A DNA stretch of 64,000 nt, taken from assembly GCA_041288095.1 (NCBI GenBank), contig JBGGMJ010000089.1:1-64000 (forward strand), in the 5' to 3' direction. The notes beneath the pieces were generated by a model. That model was not told the origin of the DNA, did no database searches, and saw only the letters and a list, made by a program, of their open reading frames with translations. Numbering within the stretch: position 1 is the stretch's first letter; each line of letters starts with the position of its first letter. The position numbers were made by a program, and so were the translations under genes. Source of the DNA: Myxococcota bacterium (GTDB lineage: Bacteria; Myxococcota; XYA12-FULL-58-9; JALHOP01). Shown one piece after another: positions 18,508 to 27,849 of the stretch.

Positions 18508-20478
18508 CTAACTCCCGGCAGGTTGGCGAGACTGCCGCCTGCGCTTCAATGACTCGAGCGCTTGGCGCTGCGTGTCGAACAACTCTGGATCAACATCACG
18601 TGCTTGTAGCGAGGCGCCTAGCTTCAGCCTCAGGAACGCGCTCGAGGTGTAACGCGTCACGCGCTCGTAGTAGCGCTCGGTGAGCTCGCCCACGAGCTTC
18701 GCGTAGGTGTCCGCGAGATGCGCGGGCACGCTGAAGCCGTCATAGTCGACTACCGCGCGAACGCGCCGGCCGAGCGGCTTGCAGACTTCGGCGACCGCGT
18801 CGCCGATGCGACGGATGTCGTCCTCGTTACGAACGGTGAGGCCGGCGAAGTTGATGAACAACACTTCGCGCTTGGCGTCGTACTCGAAACGTGAAGCGAG
18901 CGGGCGTTCGTCGAGCGAGGCGCGCAGGCCCATGGGCGCGGTCAAGAAGATGCGCGCGTCCATGAGCTTCAAGGGCAGCTTCATCTCGGGCACGAAGTCC
19001 ATCTGTCCGAGCACGTCGCGCTGCAGATCGACGCCGGGCGCGATCTCTTCGAGGCACAGCCCGGAGTCGGTGAGCCTGAACACCGCGCGCTCGGTGACCA
19101 CCATCGTCTCGTGTCCGCTTTCGCGGGCTTGGGCGGCGCTAAAGGTCACCTGCTCGACCGCTTTGACGAACTTGCGGTTGCGACCCTCCGCGAGGATGCG
19201 CAGGCGGCCGTCGCCAATCTCGAGCTTGAGGCCGCCGCAGGTGAAGGTGCCGACGAAGACGACCTTGCGCGCGTTCTGGCTGATGTTGATGAAACCGCCG
19301 CAACCCGCGAACGTCGCCCCGAAGCGGCTGACGTTGACGTTGCCCATGGCATCGACTTCGGCCATGCCCAGGTAGGCTTGGTCGAGGCCGCCGCCGTCGT
19401 AGAAATCGAATTGCTGACTCTGGTCGACCAGAGCCTCGGTGTTCACCGCCGCGCCGAAGTTCAAGCCCGACGCCGGCAGTCCGCCGATGACTCCCGGCTC
19501 AGCCGTCAGCGTGACCAGGGGCAAGAGACCCTCTTCAGCGGCGACACCAGCGACGGACTCGGGCATGCCGATACCGAGGTTGATGACGGTGCCGGGGATG
19601 AGCTCACAGGCGGCACGGCGGCCGACGACCTTGCGCGCATCCAAGGCGAGCGGCGGCACGCTCTCGAGAGCGACACGCAGCTCGCCGGAGAACGCGGGGC
19701 TGTAAGGCGTCGCGTAGGTTTGCGCATGATACTCGGCCGGCGCGACCGCGATGCAGTCGACCAGGGCGCCGGGGATCTTCACGCTGCGCGCGGGAATCGA
19801 ACCGGCCTGCGCCAAGCGCTCGACCTGCACGATGACCACCCCGCCGCTGTTCTTCGCCGCCATCGCCATTGCCAGGTTGTCCAGGGTGAGCGCTTCGCGC
19901 TCCATGCTCACGTTGCCGTAGGGGTCGGCGGTGGTCCCGCGCAGAAAAACGACATCGATGGGAAAGGCACGGTAGAGCAGCCACTCCTTGCCGTGCATGT
20001 GAACGAGCTCGACGAGATCGTCGGTGGAGCGCGCGTTGACCTTGCCGCCGCCATGGCGCGGGTCGACGAAGGTGCCGAGGCCGACGCGTGACAGCGTCCC
20101 CGGTTTACCGGCGGCGATGTCGCGATAGAGGTGCGAGATGCAACCCTGCGGCAGATTGTAGGCTTCGATCTCGCCGGCGAGCGCCATCGCGCCCACCTTC
20201 GGGATGAGACCCCAGTGACCGCCGACAACCCGCTTTAGCAGACCAGGGGCCGCGAGCCGGTTGAGCCCGCGCAGCTTCCCGTCACCCTGCCCCGCCGCGA
20301 AGACGAGCGTGAGCCCATCGGGTCGCTTGTGCGTGGCGTGGGCTCGGGCCAGAGCCTCGAGCAACCCATCGGGTGTGCCGATGCCGACGAACCCCGAAGT
20401 CGCGAGCGTGTTGCCTGGCTGTACCAAGGCCACGGCCTCATCGAGGCTCGCGACCTTGTTCACCGACGTCAACGCCAT
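18508..20478 (-). CDS. Acyl-CoA:acetate/propionate CoA-transferase (YdiF/Pct family) with C-terminal extension
   Basis: AAGQGDG, GGHWG, NLPQG, GLGTFVDPR, NLGIGMPE, catalytic TAEPG, QFDFYDGGGLD, GCGGFINISQ. GGAG upstream of ATG 20478. Confidence 0.9.
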   Translation of the reverse strand: MALTSVNKVASLDEAVALVQPGNTLATSGFVGIGTPDGLLEALARAHATHKRPDGLTLVFAAGQGDGKLRGLNRLAAPGLLKRVVGGHWGLIPKVGAMALAGEIEAYNLPQGCISHLYRDIAAGKPGTLSRVGLGTFVDPRHGGGKVNARSTDDLVELVHMHGKEWLLYRAFPIDVVFLRGTTADPYGNVSMEREALTLDNLAMAMAAKNSGGVVIVQVERLAQAGSIPARSVKIPGALVDCIAVAPAEYHAQTYATPYSPAFSGELRVALESVPPLALDARKVVGRRAACELIPGTVINLGIGMPESVAGVAAEEGLLPLVTLTAEPGVIGGLPASGLNFGAAVNTEALVDQSQQFDFYDGGGLDQAYLGMAEVDAMGNVNVSRFGATFAGCGGFINISQNARKVVFVGTFTCGGLKLEIGDGRLRILAEGRNRKFVKAVEQVTFSAAQARESGHETMVVTERAVFRLTDSGLCLEEIAPGVDLQRDVLGQMDFVPEMKLPLKLMDARIFLTAPMGLRASLDERPLASRFEYDAKREVLFINFAGLTVRNEDDIRRIGDAVAEVCKPLGRRVRAVVDYDGFSVPAHLADTYAKLVGELTERYYERVTRYTSSAFLRLKLGASLQARDVDPELFDTQRQALESLKRRRQSRQPAGS

Positions 20479-20589
20479 GTCCAATGCTCCTCGCGCGACG
20501 GCGAGGATCGACTGGGGCACAACGTCGGGTCGAGCTCTCGCGACGACGCGGCGAGAATCCCCGCCGCGTCTCAGCCGCTACGCGCGGCC

Positions 20590-20859
20590 TTAGTCCTTGG
20601 ATCCAACGAGGTCAAGCGTGCGCTCGGCGTAGCTGGTGACCGTCTTGCGCCACTGAGCGCTGAGGCTCTCGGCGGAAGCGATGACTTCCTTGGCCAAGCG
20701 ACCGGCTTCGTCGACGGCCGAGTTCGCGGTCGCGACGCCCTGCTTCTCGAGCTTGTCGACCTGCGCAAGCTCCGCGAGCTTGGTGGCCGAGTCGGCCCAC
20801 AGCTTGACCCAACCAACGCCAAATTGCTGCATCTGCGAAAACACGCTGCTCTGATTCAT
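20590..20859 (-). CDS. Small amphipathic helical protein, putative phasin
   Basis: GAGGAG RBS. 89 aa, Ala/Lys/Glu-rich. Lies between phaR and phaC downstream of two PhaR boxes. Confidence 0.6.
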   Translation of the reverse strand: MNQSSVFSQMQQFGVGWVKLWADSATKLAELAQVDKLEKQGVATANSAVDEAGRLAKEVIASAESLSAQWRKTVTSYAERTLDLVGSKD

Positions 20860-20929
20860 GGTCTTCTCCTCACGGAACTGGTTTCCAACAGCTTTTAGTA
20901 CAGCCACCGGTGCAGGATCAACAGTTTTT

Positions 20930-20944
20930 TGTTGCGCCGCAGCA
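20930..20944. promoter_or_regulatory. PhaR-type operator 1
   Basis: TGTTGCGCCGCAGCA fits the TGC-N3-GCA / TGCRNYGCASMA pattern described for proteobacterial PhaR. Confidence 0.7.
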
Positions 20945-21040
20945 TTTTCTTGCAAGGCGTTCTTACGCGCCATTTGAGGCCTCCGAGTGCGTGGGTTCGT
21001 CGCCCTGTCGCACCTAGGGCGGCGCGGAGTCAAGACTTCT

Positions 21041-21055
21041 TGTTGCGGCGCAGCA
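21041..21055. promoter_or_regulatory. PhaR-type operator 2
   Basis: TGTTGCGGCGCAGCA, 14 of 15 positions identical to operator 1. Confidence 0.7.
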
Positions 21056-21059
21056 AAGC

Positions 21060-21578
21060 TCAGCGTTTACGGCGGCTCTTGGGCTTCAAGCTGCGGCGGA
21101 GCTCGGCCATCTCGCGGCGCAGCTCCTTGAGCTCGTCCTGGGCGGTCGGCGCCGGCGGCTCGGCGGGCGGCACCGGTGGCGGCGCCGGCGCGGGCGAGGG
21201 AAACGGTCTTGGCGCGGCGAACGGGTTGTAGAAGCTCCCCAGGCCATTGCGCGTCTGCTGGTAGAGGTCGAGCGCCCAGCTCACATAGCGGCCGAGGAAG
21301 TCGGCCAGAGGCTCTTCGCCCATGCGGATGAGCTGCACCAGCAACGCCGGCGGTAGCAGCCGAGCCGCGTTCTGGTCCTCGAAGATGATCTGAGCGAGCG
21401 TCGGCGCGGTGAGGTCGGCACCGGTCTTGGCGTCCTCGACGCGAACGTCGGCTCCGGCACGGATCCGCGCGGCGATTTCGTCCAAGCGGATGTAGCGACT
21501 GGCGTCCGTGTCGTAGAGGCGGCGGTTGTTGTACTTTTTGACGAGCACGAGCAGCAGCCTTGCGGCACTCGGTGGCAC
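21060..21578 (-). CDS. phaR: PHA synthesis repressor / PHB accumulation regulator
   Basis: VKKYNNRRLYDT..SRYI.L, V.DAKTG.DLT...LAQII.E, LP..LL.QLIR. Start may be GTG 21548. Confidence 0.9.
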   Translation of the reverse strand: MPPSAARLLLVLVKKYNNRRLYDTDASRYIRLDEIAARIRAGADVRVEDAKTGADLTAPTLAQIIFEDQNAARLLPPALLVQLIRMGEEPLADFLGRYVSWALDLYQQTRNGLGSFYNPFAAPRPFPSPAPAPPPVPPAEPPAPTAQDELKELRREMAELRRSLKPKSRRKR

Positions 21579-21620
21579 GCCGTCAAGACGGGCTCTGTCA
21601 AAGCGTCAGGCTCGACGCAC

Positions 21621-21647
21621 GCAATCGCCGCCGCTGCGTGCCGATAA
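21621..21647 (+). promoter_or_regulatory. Sigma28-like promoter
   Basis: GCAA-N15-GCCGATAA, 49 nt before ATG 21697. Confidence 0.6.
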
Positions 21648-21696
21648 CAACCTCGAGACGGAAACTGGGCCATTTTTTGGCCGCGGAGAACGCTCG

Positions 21697-22272
21697 ATGG
21701 CTTCGGCTCCTCCTGCATTGGTCGCGCTTGCTCGCTCCCTACCGAGGGCAGCTGACCTCGCCTTCGAGGCACGCCGCCACGCCGCGCGATGCTCCGAGCA
21801 GTTGCAGCGCGCCGCCACGAGCCTGCAACACCTGCGCGACCTCGTGAGCGAGCGCGCCGCGCCGGCGGATCTCGATCACGGCCGCTTACTCGACGTCGAC
21901 GCTCACCTCATGGTCCTCGAGCAGAAGTCGCGCGTCTATGCCGCGATCTGCGCCACCATCGAAGCCTTCCATGACGCCTTGGGCCTGGCGCGCACCGCCC
22001 TCGACCGCCTCGGCTCATCCTCCACGTCGCTCATGCGCGCCCTGCGCACGCAACCGCCGAGCACCTCGGCCGAGGACTGCCGGCGTGTCGTCAACGACCT
22101 GGTCGTCGAATACACGTCCCATGCTGACCGCTATAGCGACCTGGAAGCCGCGCTCGGCGACGCGCTCCCCGGCGACTTGCACCGGCCGCGGGCGGCTTTC
22201 GCGAACAACGCCAAGGCCACGAGCTGCATGACGACCGAGAAGACCACGAGCGCGGTGCGCGACCGATCGTAG
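21697..22272 (+). CDS. Hypothetical helical protein
   Basis: GGAGA RBS before ATG 21697. The 3' end overlaps the convergent MFS gene by 142 bp. Confidence 0.55.
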   Translation: MASAPPALVALARSLPRAADLAFEARRHAARCSEQLQRAATSLQHLRDLVSERAAPADLDHGRLLDVDAHLMVLEQKSRVYAAICATIEAFHDALGLARTALDRLGSSSTSLMRALRTQPPSTSAEDCRRVVNDLVVEYTSHADRYSDLEAALGDALPGDLHRPRAAFANNAKATSCMTTEKTTSAVRDRS

Positions 22273-23354
22273 AGCAGCCCGGTGACCACGCTGCCGGCGA
22301 ACCAACCGGACCCGTAACCCAGGTAGAACAAGCCGAAGGCGACGTTGCGTTTGCCTTCGGGCAGCTCGCCGGCAATCAGCGCCTTGAAGAGGGTGTCCTG
22401 GACGGCGTAGCCGACGCCCCAGAGCATGAGCCCCGCGAGCACCGCGGCGAATCCGCCAAAGAAGACGAGCGGCGAGAAAGCGGCCGAGAAGGTGATGCCG
22501 ATCATCACCGCCGGCATGCCGATGCGGTCGAAGAGCCTCCCGAGGATGAGGCTGGTCAGGACGCCGCCGAGAGTCGCAATGGCGAGGAGCGCCGGCAGCC
22601 ACGGGCCGGTCACGGTCTCGGTGATCGCGAGGTGAAGCGAGATGAGCTCGAAGCTCATGAGACCCGCCGCGAAGAAGCCGCCGGCGATCATGATGAGCCA
22701 ATAGGTCGCGGAGAACTTGGTGCCGCGCGGCGCGGTCGACGTCTCGAAGCGCTCCGGCAGTGGAAAGACCAGGCGCGCGACGACCAGAGCCACCAGAGCG
22801 AGCAAGGCAGGCACCGTGAGCAACAGGTAACCGTCGCGATACCCCGCATGACGAGCGAGGACCCACGCCATCAACAGTGGACCAAGCGTGGCGCCCGTCT
22901 CGTCGAGAGCTGTATTCACGGCGTACACCCAGCCGCGTCCGAGTGTCCCGGTGGTGTAGGAGAGCATGGCCTCGATGGTCGGCTTTCGCAGCGCCCGACC
23001 GACACGCTCGCCGATCACGAGAGCGGCGGCGACCGGCAAGCTGCCGGTGAACGCCAAAACAGGCACGACCAGAACGTTGATCGCGTAGCCGACGAAGGTG
23101 ACCAGCCAATAGCGGCCCGTACGATCGGCGACATACCCCGCGCCTAGCCGCAGCCCGTACCCCAAGAACTCGCCGAAGCCAGCGATGACGCTGACGGCCG
23201 CGGCGCTGGCGCCGAGAGAGCCCAGGAAGGGTCCGTTGACGCTCGCCCCACCCTCGTAGACGATGTCGGCGAAGAGATTGACGACACCGAGCATCAGCAC
23301 GAACGCGAAAGCGGACGTGGCAATGGAACGCCGATGAAGCTTGGACGGAGTCAC
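22131..23354 (-). CDS. MFS transporter
   Basis: NLFADIVYEGG, GYVADRTGRYW, ERVGRALRKP, ALDETGATLGP, GRLFDRIG. About 12 TM segments. Confidence 0.9.
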   Translation of the reverse strand: MTPSKLHRRSIATSAFAFVLMLGVVNLFADIVYEGGASVNGPFLGSLGASAAAVSVIAGFGEFLGYGLRLGAGYVADRTGRYWLVTFVGYAINVLVVPVLAFTGSLPVAAALVIGERVGRALRKPTIEAMLSYTTGTLGRGWVYAVNTALDETGATLGPLLMAWVLARHAGYRDGYLLLTVPALLALVALVVARLVFPLPERFETSTAPRGTKFSATYWLIMIAGGFFAAGLMSFELISLHLAITETVTGPWLPALLAIATLGGVLTSLILGRLFDRIGMPAVMIGITFSAAFSPLVFFGGFAAVLAGLMLWGVGYAVQDTLFKALIAGELPEGKRNVAFGLFYLGYGSGWFAGSVVTGLLYDRSRTALVVFSVVMQLVALALFAKAARGRCKSPGSASPSAASRSL

Positions 23355-23378
23355 GGTCCGCCGTGTGTACGTCGAGTG

Positions 23379-24962
23379 TTAGCCGGCGACCAGCCCTGTC
23401 GCCGTCGTCGCGATTTCGCTGGCGCTCGCGTATTGCACCTGATCTTGGGCGCTCGCTGGGATGGTGACCGACGTGCCCGTCGCGACGTTCGTGTACGTCG
23501 CGTTGACGGCGTCGACGTGGACGCTCCAGTCCGCCGAGTTGCCCTCGAGGATGATGGTTTGCTCTTGCGCGTTCGAGGCGAGCGCGGCCTTGTCGTAGGC
23601 TTGCAGCTCGGTCTGCGGGTCGATGCGCAGCGAGGGATCCTTCACGACCCAGGTGTTGTTTTCGCCCGCCAGCACCATGATGGTCCCGACGAGATCGAGC
23701 TCGCCTTGGTTGTTCGAGCCGCCGAGCAGCGCGTGCCCCGTACCCGACGGACCCGGGTAGGGGTTGGTGCACAGATCGATGGTGTTGTTGCTGCCGCCGA
23801 CGTGCAAACACACGTCCGATGAACGCGCGACCGGGTAACCGAAGGTTCGACCCGAGGCCTGCGAGAGATCGAGGAGCGTCGGCGGGCGCGTATCGAGGCC
23901 AACCTCGGACTCAGCGAGCAAGCGCACCACGTCGGCTTGCGTCACGCCAAATGATCGGCCCTCGGCCGCGCCCACGGTGTCGAAGTGGTAGAGCGCAAAC
24001 TCGACACGCAAGCGCTCTTCCTTCGCGGGGACCGCGCCGGCCGCGGCGATCATGCGGTCACATGCTTCTTGCAAGCCTGGAACGCCGGCGATGTACGCGA
24101 GCGCGTCGGCCTTGACCGCTTTAGCGAACGCCTCGTTCTCGGCGCCCGTGTACGTGAAAACGAGCTCCTCCCAGGCCATACCGCGGGTGTCGTAGCTGCT
24201 GGTCGCCTGACGCTCGTTGGCGAAGTCGAGCGTGCTCGCGGCGAGCTCGCCGCCGCTTTGGGCGACGAAGTCGTCGGTGGTGCCGACGTCGGTCGTGACA
24301 GCGTCGGTGGTGCCCAAGTCGAGCTTGGAGAGGTCGGTCGTGATGTCGGTATGCACCGACCCCGTGCCGAGCACGTCACCCGCATGTTGCAAAGCGTCGA
24401 GCGTGTTTGGACCCACCCCGGATCCAGCCGCCTCGCGCGCCTGATCGGCTGCATTGCGAGCCCCACTGCTGCTAACGCCGTTGCGCTCCGGATGCGCGAG
24501 GATCTCGAGGGTCTTGAGCAGGCGAGAGAGCGCCTCGAGATCGAGCGAGTCCGCGTTGGCGAGCAAGAGCGCGAGCCAGTCGTTCACCTCGGCGGAGGCG
24601 CCAGGCCCGACAATGGCGTCGAAGATGTCCTGGATAGCGGTCTGACGCGGGATGCCGAAAGCCTCGGCAAGCTCGAGACCCACGTGCAGCTCCCCGACCG
24701 AGGGTGGCGACGAGCCTCCTCCCAGGACGACGAGCGCCTCGTTCCAGGCCTTGAAGTTCGGGGGGACGGTGAACGCGGCGTCATCGGCTTCGAGCGAGGC
24801 GGTAGGCAGCGGGGCGAGCGCTTCGGGCTCATCGACCCCGCGCGCACGGCGAGCTGACAGTGCGTCATGGTCGACCGCTACGCGGTAGGCCCGCTTGGTA
24901 CTCAGGGCAGCAACATGATCGAGCGACACACCACTGAAGATGCCCCGCTGCGCGACTTTCAT
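23379..24962 (-). CDS. Hypothetical protein with helical N-terminal half and G-x-N-N beta-roll-like C-terminus
   Basis: Long ORF with GGAG upstream. GGSNNT/GGSNNQ/AGENNT motifs and TTD mini-repeats. Confidence 0.65.
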   Translation of the reverse strand: MKVAQRGIFSGVSLDHVAALSTKRAYRVAVDHDALSARRARGVDEPEALAPLPTASLEADDAAFTVPPNFKAWNEALVVLGGGSSPPSVGELHVGLELAEAFGIPRQTAIQDIFDAIVGPGASAEVNDWLALLLANADSLDLEALSRLLKTLEILAHPERNGVSSSGARNAADQAREAAGSGVGPNTLDALQHAGDVLGTGSVHTDITTDLSKLDLGTTDAVTTDVGTTDDFVAQSGGELAASTLDFANERQATSSYDTRGMAWEELVFTYTGAENEAFAKAVKADALAYIAGVPGLQEACDRMIAAAGAVPAKEERLRVEFALYHFDTVGAAEGRSFGVTQADVVRLLAESEVGLDTRPPTLLDLSQASGRTFGYPVARSSDVCLHVGGSNNTIDLCTNPYPGPSGTGHALLGGSNNQGELDLVGTIMVLAGENNTWVVKDPSLRIDPQTELQAYDKAALASNAQEQTIILEGNSADWSVHVDAVNATYTNVATGTSVTIPASAQDQVQYASASEIATTATGLVAG

Positions 24963-25052
24963 GCCGACCACTCCATGCGCCAAGCGCGTTGGTCGACCTA
25001 CGCGCGCGGATCACAGCGCGGCTCGGCGCGAGACCTGAAGGAATGACAGGGG

Positions 25053-25886
25053 TTACCGCCCGCCCGCTTTGAACACGATCGGCAGCGCTACGGCGGCGAC
25101 CAAGCCCGCGACGAGCAGCAGGCCGATTCCCGAAACGATGACCCGCCAGATCAAGGCGTGAGCGGCCGCGACGCGCTTCAAGCTCGCCGCGTCGGGCCGA
25201 GCGATGAAGTCATCGAGCGCCGGCACTTGCCTCCAGACGAGCCAGAGCAGCGCGAGCTGAACGAGGCCGCTGCCGATGGTGATTTGCCGCAGCATCGACG
25301 AGCTCATGCCGGAAGCCCCAGGCGGTGGGGTCACGAAGACGCCGACGATCCCCATGAGCATGAGGACCGCGGCTCCGGCGACGACGATGACCAGCGCGCG
25401 CCGCAACGTGCCGGCGGAGACGACGACATCGTCTCGTGGACCGACTTGCCAGAGCGTCGGCGTCACCGCTGTGGCGGCCGCCAAGCGTTGGGCCCATGAG
25501 CCGACGAACATGAGCACGAGCACGCCAAGACCGACCGCCCAGGTTTGCGTCATGCGGTTCAAGACCGCGGCGACTTTCGCCATCGTGGGCTCTTTGGCAA
25601 GCGTGCGCATCGACGAGGCCAGACGAAACAAGAGGATGGCGGCCATGAGATACGAGGCGGTGATGACTGCGAGCAACGCGCCAACCTGGCCTTCGGGAAT
25701 CGTGCCGCTGGCGAACATGCCGCAGCCGCTGCCGATAACGGCAAGAGTGCAAAGGAGCCCGAGGATCCTCAAGGCCCGGTACGACGCAACGAAGGGCGCG
25801 ACGGCATCAGCGAGCTCTGCTTCGCTTCCGATGCTCGCGGTGCCCAGCACTGCTTCCGGCGGCTTGTAGGGATTCGAGAGGTCCAT
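25053..25886 (-). CDS. Multi-pass membrane protein with N-terminal NPYxxP motif
   Basis: MDLSNPYKPPEA followed by about 6 hydrophobic segments in two similar halves. Confidence 0.65.
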   Translation of the reverse strand: MDLSNPYKPPEAVLGTASIGSEAELADAVAPFVASYRALRILGLLCTLAVIGSGCGMFASGTIPEGQVGALLAVITASYLMAAILLFRLASSMRTLAKEPTMAKVAAVLNRMTQTWAVGLGVLVLMFVGSWAQRLAAATAVTPTLWQVGPRDDVVVSAGTLRRALVIVVAGAAVLMLMGIVGVFVTPPPGASGMSSSMLRQITIGSGLVQLALLWLVWRQVPALDDFIARPDAASLKRVAAAHALIWRVIVSGIGLLLVAGLVAAVALPIVFKAGGR

Positions 25887-25925
25887 GATCACATCGTAAC
25901 GCGCCGGCGCGTTTTGCGGTAACTT

Positions 25926-26678
25926 GTGGATGTGTACCTCGCCGCATGCGCCGCGATGTTCGCGGTGGCGTACCTCGCGAGCATCCTCACGATCACCGTC
26001 GGCTATCACCGGGGGTTGGCGCACCGAGCGATGGCGCTCCACCCCGCTCTACGCCGTGTCGTGATCAACGGCGGCATCTGGCTGACCGGCCTCGATCCCA
26101 AGGCGTGGATCGTCATGCATCGCATGCACCACGCCTACTCCGACACGGCGCGCGACCCGCACGCGCCGGCGGGCGGTCTGCTCAAGATGGTCGTCCAGCA
26201 GTACTACGGCACCAGCAACACCATTCGCGGCCTTCGCTACAACGACCCCGCATACACGACCTTCGCGGACGATCTGGACTTCGACCTCCATCCGCTGACG
26301 AAGCGTTGGATGTGGTGGTTTCCCTATGTCATGCACGCTATAGCGGGCGTCATCATCGGCGTGACGGTCGGGTGGCTGTTCGGCGCGGCCTACTTCACCG
26401 GCATCGCAAGCCATCCCTTCCAAGGCGCCCTGGTGAACTACTTCGGACACTCGGCGGGCCGACGCAACTTCGACACGCCCGACACCTCACGCAACAACGT
26501 GTTCGTCGCGTGGGTCACGCTCGGCGAAGGCTTCCAGAACAACCATCACCGCTATCCTGGGTCGGTGTCGTTCGCTTACCGCCGCTCCGAGATCGATCTC
26601 GGTTACTTCGCATGTCTCGCCCTCGACGCGGTTGGCCTCGTGACCATCGAGCGCGAGCAACTCATCCCGAAGCGTTGA
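25926..26678 (+). CDS. Fatty acyl-CoA desaturase (delta-9 type)
   Basis: His boxes GYHRGLAH, HRMHHAYSD, VNYFGH, GEGFQNNHH. Start may be GTG 25932. Confidence 0.9.
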   Translation: MDVYLAACAAMFAVAYLASILTITVGYHRGLAHRAMALHPALRRVVINGGIWLTGLDPKAWIVMHRMHHAYSDTARDPHAPAGGLLKMVVQQYYGTSNTIRGLRYNDPAYTTFADDLDFDLHPLTKRWMWWFPYVMHAIAGVIIGVTVGWLFGAAYFTGIASHPFQGALVNYFGHSAGRRNFDTPDTSRNNVFVAWVTLGEGFQNNHHRYPGSVSFAYRRSEIDLGYFACLALDAVGLVTIEREQLIPKR

Positions 26679-26680
26679 CG

Positions 26681-27199
26681 TTACTTCGCCGGCTTGCACG
26701 CCATGCGCAGCGCTTCGACGTTTTGCGGCCACGTGAACATGAACGTCATCTCGCCAAACTGGCCATGCACGACCTTGCCCCGGGTCTCGTCGGCGAGCCA
26801 CTTGGCAAGCTCGACCGGTGGCACCGTCGTCTCGAACACGAACTGGCTCCCGACCTGATACAGCGCGGCGACACCCCAGAACGCCGCGACATCGTGCGAG
26901 ACAGCCGTGCCATTGCCCGTCGTTAGGAGCAGCGGCCAGCTCTTGGGGGGTTTAGGGCCTTCGAAGGGATCGCTGTCGAACCCGAGTGCTTTCACATCGA
27001 CGACGAGGCGCAGAATCGCGCGCGGTCCGCTGCAAGTGACAGCGAGGGTCGTGTTGGCGGTGTAGCTCTTGTAAGCGCTCGTGCCGAACGTCCGCGCCGT
27101 GACCCACGCGCCGTTTGTCCGCTCTAGCAGCCAAAGTGGATGAGTCGGTTCGGCAATGGGGAGGTCGGCAACGAGGAGGACGGCGAGAAGGAAGTGCAC
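26681..27199 (-). CDS. Hypothetical secreted protein
   Basis: Short hydrophobic N-terminus and protein-like composition. Confidence 0.55.
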   Translation of the reverse strand: MHFLLAVLLVADLPIAEPTHPLWLLERTNGAWVTARTFGTSAYKSYTANTTLAVTCSGPRAILRLVVDVKALGFDSDPFEGPKPPKSWPLLLTTGNGTAVSHDVAAFWGVAALYQVGSQFVFETTVPPVELAKWLADETRGKVVHGQFGEMTFMFTWPQNVEALRMACKPAK

Positions 27200-27231
27200 C
27201 TAGCGAGAGTGCCATTGCTTCTCACCGTGTG

Positions 27232-27783
27232 TCACGGAGTGCGGTTCGCGTTCGCGTCGGCGCGGAAGGGACACGGCAGCGAGCGCAACGAAGCGGGCCT
27301 TGCGCTCCCGGGCGTCGCGAACGTCTTGAAGATCTGCGCGGTGTCGCGCGAGCGCTGATTGAACCAGTGCGTGAAGCCTTCGACGCGCACGACGTAGCCG
27401 ATGCCGTCGATGATGGCGACGCGCTCTTCGACAGTCTTCGTGAACTGTCCATTCGGGTCGATGAACAACGTGAAACGGCGACGGTAGCCAACCGCGCCGG
27501 CGAGCGTCGTTGGACCAGAAGCGACGCTCACGTACCCGGGCTCGCCCTGGCTCGCCGCCGCGATGGCGAGCACGAAGTCCTGGAGCGTGGCGTCGCCTAC
27601 GGGCACCGCGCGGATGGTGGAAATGGTCAGCCGGTCGTTCGTGTTGCGATGGAAAATGATGCCGGCCGGGTCGTTCAGCGGTTCGACTGGGGCCCAATCC
27701 TTGGGCAGCTCGACACTGAAGTGCCGTTGCGGGTGCTCGTAGTGCACACCAACGATCGAAACGGCAAAGACCACCGCGAGCAT
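27232..27783 (-). CDS. Hypothetical secreted protein (PsbP/DcrB-like fold possible)
   Basis: 'Y.HP..HFSVELPKDW', 'TTLAGAVG', 'F..IFKTF' pattern. Confidence 0.55.
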   Translation of the reverse strand: MLAVVFAVSIVGVHYEHPQRHFSVELPKDWAPVEPLNDPAGIIFHRNTNDRLTISTIRAVPVGDATLQDFVLAIAAASQGEPGYVSVASGPTTLAGAVGYRRRFTLFIDPNGQFTKTVEERVAIIDGIGYVVRVEGFTHWFNQRSRDTAQIFKTFATPGSARPASLRSLPCPFRADANANRTP

Positions 27784-27849
27784 GGCCGTAGTGTAAGGCA
27801 ACGCCGCGGGTTGGTGCCATGGGGTCAGAGCCGCGCGTCGGCCGGCGAG

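Noticed and set aside
25712..25738. CGAA-N15-GCCGATAA as another sigma28-like promoter
   Set aside because: Lies inside a coding region on the opposite strand (GTT ATC GGC codons). Treated as a possible chance hit and noted as a caveat.
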